From NCBI GenBank assembly GCA_951406725.2, contig OX597837.1:42718001-42782000 (forward strand): a stretch of 64,000 bases of DNA, in the 5' to 3' direction. Numbering within the stretch: position 1 is the first letter of the stretch; each line of letters opens with the position of its first letter. Of the stretch, positions 55,518 through 64,000 are shown piece by piece. The notes beneath the pieces are model-generated. The model saw only the letters and a list, made by a program, of their open reading frames with translations, searched no databases and had not been told where the DNA came from. A program made the translations under genes and the position numbers. Source of the stretch: Octopus vulgaris. Lineage: Eukaryota.

Positions 55518-56330
55518 GCGCCGGGCGAAATGCTTGGCGGTATTTCATCCGTTTTTACTTTCTGAGTTCAAATTCTGCCGAGGTCAACTTTGCCTTTCAT
55601 CCTTTCAGGGTCGATGAAATAAGTACCAGTTAAGTACTAGGGTTGATGTAATCGACTAGTCCCCTCCCCCAAAATTTTCAGGCCCCTTGAGTCTATAGTA
55701 GAAAGGATCATTATTATTATTAAGGCGGCGAGCTGGCTGAATTTTTAGCACGCTGGACGAAATGTTTAGCGGTATTTCGCCCGTCGGTCCGTTCTGAGTT
55801 CAAATTCCGCCGAGGTCGATTTTGCCATTCATCCTTTCGGGGACGATTAAATAAGTACCAGTTACGTACGGGGATCGACGTAATCGACTTAATCCCTTTG
55901 TCTGTCCTTTTTTGTCCCCTCTATGTTTAGCCCCCATGTGGGCAATAAAGAAATAAAGAAATATGCATTATATAAGACGGCAGTTGTCGACGATGGTGGT
56001 GTGGTGGGGACAAACGCAAACAAGAAGAGACACACACATAGATATATACATACATACATACATACATACATACATACATACATACATACATACATACATA
56101 CATACACACATACATACATGCATGTATGTATGTATGTATGTATCTGTGTGTGGAGCGTGTGTATATTTATATATACGATGAGCTTCTTTCAGTTTCCGTC
56201 TAACAAATCCTCTCACAGGGCTTTGGTCGGCTCGAGTCTACACTAGAAGACACTTGCCCAAGGTGCCACGCAGTGGGACTGATCCCGGAACCATGTGATT
56301 GGGAAGCAAGTTTCTTACCACACAGCCATA
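55518..56330. mobile_element. Cluster: two family C SINEs (+) and one family A SINE (-)
   Basis: 55518-55710, 55722-55956 and 55974-56330. Confidence 0.88.
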
Positions 56331-56921
56331 TACGTATTATACATGTAATAATCAAATTATATATTACGCAATTTATTGTGCTCTGTTATGCGTGAGTTTC
56401 ACCCGATTTGCAAAAGACTTATCATGGATAGACCGGTCCGCGGTCAAAATGACTGAAGACCGCTGGGCTAATAATATACAAACCTTAGTCTATTATTATT
56501 GGCTAACATAAGACCTTCGTTGACTTTTATTGCCTGACATAGATACATCGGTCAGCTGCTGTTGGCTAATATAAAGCCTTCGGTTTACCATTGTCAGTTA
56601 GTATAAGCGCTTCGATGGTTATTCTTGGTTAATACAAAGACGTTGGTTTGGCTGTTGCTAGTTAATATGGAGCCACTAACAACTGCGTTACTCTTTTTTT
56701 TATTGCTATAACAAGAAACTAATAATTGTGTATTATTGGCGATATCCTGGTCTAGGCTGCCTGCTTCTTCTGTTAACGTAGACACACGATGAAGTATCAT
56801 CATAGGTTAAATTGGTAGGAAGATGATGGATTGGTATTTATAATATATCAGAGCGCTATAGGAGTGTGATATTGGTTATCTGGATATAAATGGAAAGACT
56901 GATAAAAAATATATAAGATTA

Positions 56922-57009
<88 letters not shown>

Positions 57010-57273
57010 TGTTTATTATAGTTTTATTTATCCTCCTGATTCATAAACAGATACAGGCAAACACTCAAGTGCACAATCACACACCCAGATACACACACAC
57101 ACGCACACACACGCACACACACACACACACATGCACACACACACACATACCACGCTTGCGCACGTATGCATACACACGTACACATCCACAAAACACTCGT
57201 ACAATCGTTCGCGCTTGAGCAATATCTCGAACACACGCATCACTCATGTGCTTCTATGCGCGCGAGTGAGCGC

Positions 57274-57323
<50 letters not shown>

Positions 57324-57333
57324 ATGTGTGTAT

Positions 57334-57367
<34 letters not shown>

Positions 57368-57963
57368 TCACAACAGGATTATTTTCAGTCTATGGTTAGA
57401 AATTTCAGGCCTTAAGCCTATAACAGGAAAAGATTAGTGTTTGTTTGAGAACCTATTTCTATGAGGCACAGGCTTGGTTCTATGGTTATGAATCTCATTT
57501 TGTAAACATGTGTTGCAAGTTCAGTCCCAGTGCGCGGCACTTTGGGCAAGTGTATTCTACAACAGCTCCAGTGGAGTTTTGAGTGAATTTAGTGGACGGA
57601 AACTTTGTGGAAGCACGTCGCGCACATAAATGTATTGTATATATATATATATATAGCTGAAATTTACAGAAAACAAAAGACGAAGACAAGTGTATAAATA
57701 ACAAGCAGGTGTATTAATTTGACGCTCGAGAAGGTGAGAAATAAATTGTTTTTGAATTTCCTTTGATTTCTGAATTACTACTAATTAGCGGTTTGAGTTT
57801 GGCTGCTCTTTCTGGTGAGTCGAATGGCCTACCAGGGTCATTCCTTAATATTGTTGAAATTATATATATATATAGTCTGTGACTATTTTCTCTTTCTCAC
57901 TGGACCGCTGGTGGCGAAAAAAATTTCTATTGAATTTTTTGCTACCCTTATATTGATTAATTA

Positions 57964-58001
<38 letters not shown>

Positions 58002-58006
58002 GTATG

Positions 58007-58056
<50 letters not shown>

Positions 58057-58222
58057 ACTTATAAACAAGGGCAAAAGAAAAATTATTTCCATGCCAATAT
58101 GCTGATAAACAGACTATAAGTCACCAATTTCCACATATCATGATACACTCACTAATTATAAATATACGTCGTGCTGAAATCGGGGAAGCTAGTCAACAGA
58201 ATTAAAAAAAAAAAGTTCGTTA

Positions 58223-58282
58223 TTTCTATATTGAATCAATTTCGGAATTAAATCCCATGGATTTTTTCCTCTTCAGTAGAAA
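58223..58282 (-). ncRNA. Type-I hammerhead ribozyme motif, fully canonical core
   Basis: Minus: tttcta CTGAAGA ggaa a aaatcc atg ggattt aa ttcc GAAA ttga t tcaa TA tagaaa. Confidence 0.8.
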
Positions 58283-58664
58283 ATACGATAAGAAATAAAT
58301 GAAATACTTACAAACACCCATGGAAAAAAAGCAGAAGCAAGAGTCATGGGTACACATAAGTACCCCAGTTATATCTAAATATAAAATCCTTTAACTAGCC
58401 TCAGCACACGCGTGACTTATCACGAGCCACAACTCATAGTGGTTACCAGTCCCCTAAGTGAATGGTGATAAATCTACTATTAATATAGGATTAAATTTTT
58501 TCAGAAAAAAATTTTATCAAGAAGTGGCAGCATATTAAAATACCTTTAATTGTGCCTCGGAGGGGCATTTTCTAGGTGCAATCCTATGGTCATTCGTAAT
58601 GAAGGGGGTCTTTTTATTCTCTTTCTCTTTATTTCCTCGTGTTCTCCCCTTTTATCATACGTGT

Positions 58665-58713
<49 letters not shown>

Positions 58714-59339
58714 TATTCACGACCGGAAAGTATTGTCGCCAAAACCGGCTGAATGTCCGGTTAGGCATGCCAAATCATCAGCGCCCAAACAGCAGCGCCC
58801 ATTCGTCGCACCCGGCGTATCTCATATCACACTGTCCAATACGACATCCCCTTATCTAAAACGGTGATATCAGACATACAGCATAATCGGTTGCCATTTC
58901 TAACATAGCTTCGTATGATCCCTTAGAAGCTTCTTCGATGTTTCTTCATCCATCGAAATTCTTGGTGTGTGATATTTGAAGCAAGGATTAAGCGGCAGAT
59001 CCTTTAAGAATAAAAGTTAAGTTATCGCCGTGTTGAAACGATTCTTAAGAGTGTTGATGTTTCTAAGATGGGTGAAACAGTTTTAATCGCAGATTTCTCG
59101 TCTGTTTGTCGTACATTGTAGTTTGAAGAAATTGATACTGAACTATATCGACTATACACTGTATGTTATGTGTATACGTATTGTACACACCTGTATATGT
59201 GCTACCCTGTGTGTGTATATGTGTGTATGTGTGTGCGTGTGTGTGTGTGATATTTTCTGTATCCCATATGTATTCGCAAACACATTAAAATGCTCTCATA
59301 TAAAAACGTATACATATGTATGAATGCAAGTACGTGTAC

Positions 59340-60910
<1,571 letters not shown>

Positions 60911-61199
60911 AGCAAAGGAAAGGTTCGGAATGAAATGAAGGAAGAGAAAAGCTAATCGAAGTGAGATCAAATAATAAGAAAAATTCAATCGGTTTAGAAA
61001 CGTAACGACACACAGCAAGAGGGCAATCTGTGACCGTATATTTATATGTGTGTGTTTATGCGTATGTATGCTTGTATGTATGTATGTATGTATGTATCCA
61101 CGTGTATACATACATGCATACATATAAAATGACAAAAATAAGTAAAATGTATACACACGCACACATGCATGCCTGCGTATTTATGAATGTATATATGCA

Positions 61200-61251
61200 T
61201 GCATGTATGATATATAAATATTTATATATGCATATATACTTATATGCATGC

Positions 61252-61331
<80 letters not shown>

Positions 61332-61479
61332 GGTTCTATATTTCTGACTGTGTATATATAAAGCTATATGTAAATATATATATGTACACGTATACATGTG
61401 TGAATATGTGCATGTGTGTGTAAATGTGTGCATGTATGATATATAAATATTTATATATGCATATAGGTTTATATGCATG

Positions 61480-61519
<40 letters not shown>

Positions 61520-61670
61520 CTGGACCAATCTTTGGTCGAAACATATCTAAGTTTATATATATACGCATGCATATGTGTGTGTGTGTGTGTGTGCGGTTCT
61601 ATATTTGTGACTATGTGTATATATAAAGCTATATGTAAATATATATATATGTACACGTATACATGTGTGC
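61200..61670. repeat. Imperfect tandem duplication of low-complexity DNA
   Basis: gtgcggttctatattt...gtacacgtatacatgtgtg at ~61328 and ~61591. Confidence 0.75.
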
Positions 61671-62759
61671 ATATGTGTGTGCGTGTGCGTATGTTCGTGT
61701 GTGCGTATTTAAGCGCGATATTATCATTTTATATACACATGCACAAAAATAGAATATAAACACGCATAAACGTCCACATATATATGTTGCCTTATATGTG
61801 TAGGTATGGTCACACATGCGCGCGCACGTACGTAAGTACACATAGATTTGTGTGTGCTTACGATGTTTCATTAAACCGGGAACCACTCACACATTCATAC
61901 CATCGAGTAACCACTGATGTTGTCATATGTATTTGAGTGAGCGTATAGAGTTTTCCTTCTTAGTATATTTGCAAACGGAGGAAGAATTACTTATTGTCAC
62001 ACGTATGCAGTGGGAGAAGTTATGCGTAAATAAGTAATTGCTTTCATTTATGCCACAGTCAGAACTTCATCCAGTACCTTAGGTTTCCTGATAGAAGAGC
62101 AATTCTACTTGCATTCTTCAAAAATACGACGAAATGAGTTGATACATACTTACATACATACATACATACATACTTACATACACTTACATACATACATACT
62201 TACATACATACATACAAACATACACTTACATACATGCATGCATGCATGCATACTTACATACATGCATGCTTACATACATACATGCATACTTACATACATA
62301 CATGCATACATACATACATACATACATACATACTTACATACATACATGCATACATACATACATACATACATACTTACATACATACATGCATGCATGCAAC
62401 ATAAATACATACATACATACCAAATCCACTCAAAAAGCTTTGAGCGACCTGAGGCTTTAGTAAGAGACACTTACCTAGGGGGCCCCGCGGTGGGACAGAA
62501 CCCGGAACCATGAAGTGGGAAGCAAGCTCCTTATAACACAATATGAATATATATATATATATATATACATAGGTGTGCGCGCATATACATAGGCGCAATA
62601 TGAATACATGTGAATACATATTCATACGTGTGCGCGTATATCTTTGTGTTTATCTCACCGCACCGCTTGACAACCGGTGTTGGTTTGTTTAGGTCACTGT
62701 TAACAATTTGGCAAAGATGAGAACGATAGAATAAGTACCAGACCTAACAAATTAGTGCG

Positions 62760-63042
62760 TTGTTGCTTGTTCCTTCTCGAGCTACGCCTGGCTCATAAGG
62801 GCTGGTTTCCCGGTTTCATTGACGTATAGGTTCCCCACCTGGACGGGACGCTACACCGTCGCAGCTGCTTGATGCAGGAGGAAAAAATGGAAAGTCAGCA
62901 GAAGTTCGCAGTTACCTTCTGTCGGAGCCGCGAGAAGCTTAGATGTTTCGCTCATGAGCACACATGTCGCCCGGTCTGAGATTCGAATCCGCGATCCATC
63001 GACCGCGAGTCCGATGCTCTAACCATTAAGCCATGTACCTCC
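62760..63042 (-). mobile_element. Family D SINE (tail X type), diverged
   Basis: tRNA-like head on the minus strand and ccgggaaaccagccc tail. Confidence 0.8.
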
Positions 63043-63580
63043 ACAACAAAATAGTACCATGTTTAAAAAAGAAAATGAGTTCTGGGGTCGCTTTTTTTTA
63101 CTAAATTCTTCAAAGCGATTCCACAACTCAGCCGGAGTCAAATGCCAGAAACAAGTAAAAGATAAAAAAAAATTAAAGGAAATAGAAATTTTTCTCCATT
63201 TTTTTTTATATTTCTACCTTTTCTGTCCTCATTGCTTCCTCTATTTTTCCTGGTATTATTAAATTTCTTTCTATTTAATTGAAGTTGTAACACTTACAAC
63301 TTCTAGTCTCTTCGCCTTGTAAGCAAACACGACGCTAATGTTCCTGATCAAAGTTTACGCGAAACGGGATTTTTTAAGTCGCCATGTTTACATTCCAATT
63401 TCAAAACAGGAAACATGAAAATAAAAGAAAAGTTAATCCAAGACGATTTTTATATTATATTTTATATATTTCCATTTTATTTTCATATTTCCGTTATCTT
63501 TCAACGAATTATTATTTCTTTTATTTCTTGTTATTTCTTTTTCTTCAACTGAAAAATCTAAGTGACAATTTACAACATAC

Positions 63581-63618
<38 letters not shown>

Positions 63619-63665
63619 GTACATACAAACATACATGCATACAATATATATATATATATACATAT

Positions 63666-63753
<88 letters not shown>

Positions 63754-63772
63754 ATATGTATATATATATGTA

Positions 63773-63821
<49 letters not shown>

Positions 63822-63914
63822 GCACATATATACATGTAAACATACATTTATACGTACATACATTCACACACGCATACAAGCATACATGCATGTACATGCC
63901 TCTATATATTCTTT

Positions 63915-64000
63915 CTTTTATTCCTTTACTATTTCAGTCATTTGACTGTGGCCATGCTGGAGCATCACCTTTAGTCGAGCAAATCGACCCCAGGACTTAT
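63915..64000 (-). mobile_element. SINE family A 3' end (runs off the window)
   Basis: tttcagtcatttgactgtggccatgctggagc. Confidence 0.9.

Overview
AT-rich, repeat-saturated eukaryotic genomic DNA. The SINE repertoire and very high microsatellite load point to a cephalopod (Octopus-like) genome, which is an inference. I can support no intact host protein-coding exon, and almost all ORFs in the track are microsatellite or SINE translations. The window holds four retroposon families (A-D), fragments of RTE and R4/Dong LINEs, three mariner remnants, and a decayed Charlie/Buster-type hAT transposase (about 31.9-34.4 kb) carrying nested SINEs and MITEs. It also holds several GG...CC MITE families with 8-9 bp target-site duplications (TSDs) and telomere-like cores, TTAA MITEs, Helitron ends, and local tandem and fold-back duplications. 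The most notable signal is a set of minimal type-I hammerhead ribozyme motifs, read by eye. Three have complete cores (28975-29052 -, 41183-41227 +, 58223-58282 -) and several are variant or decayed. They sit in short non-coding elements of at least five unrelated families, mostly embedded in (AT)n tracts. There is also a candidate HDV-like fold at the exact 5' end of a non-autonomous RTE, and a probable promoter/first exon near 4.1-4.3 kb marking a CpG-depletion boundary.
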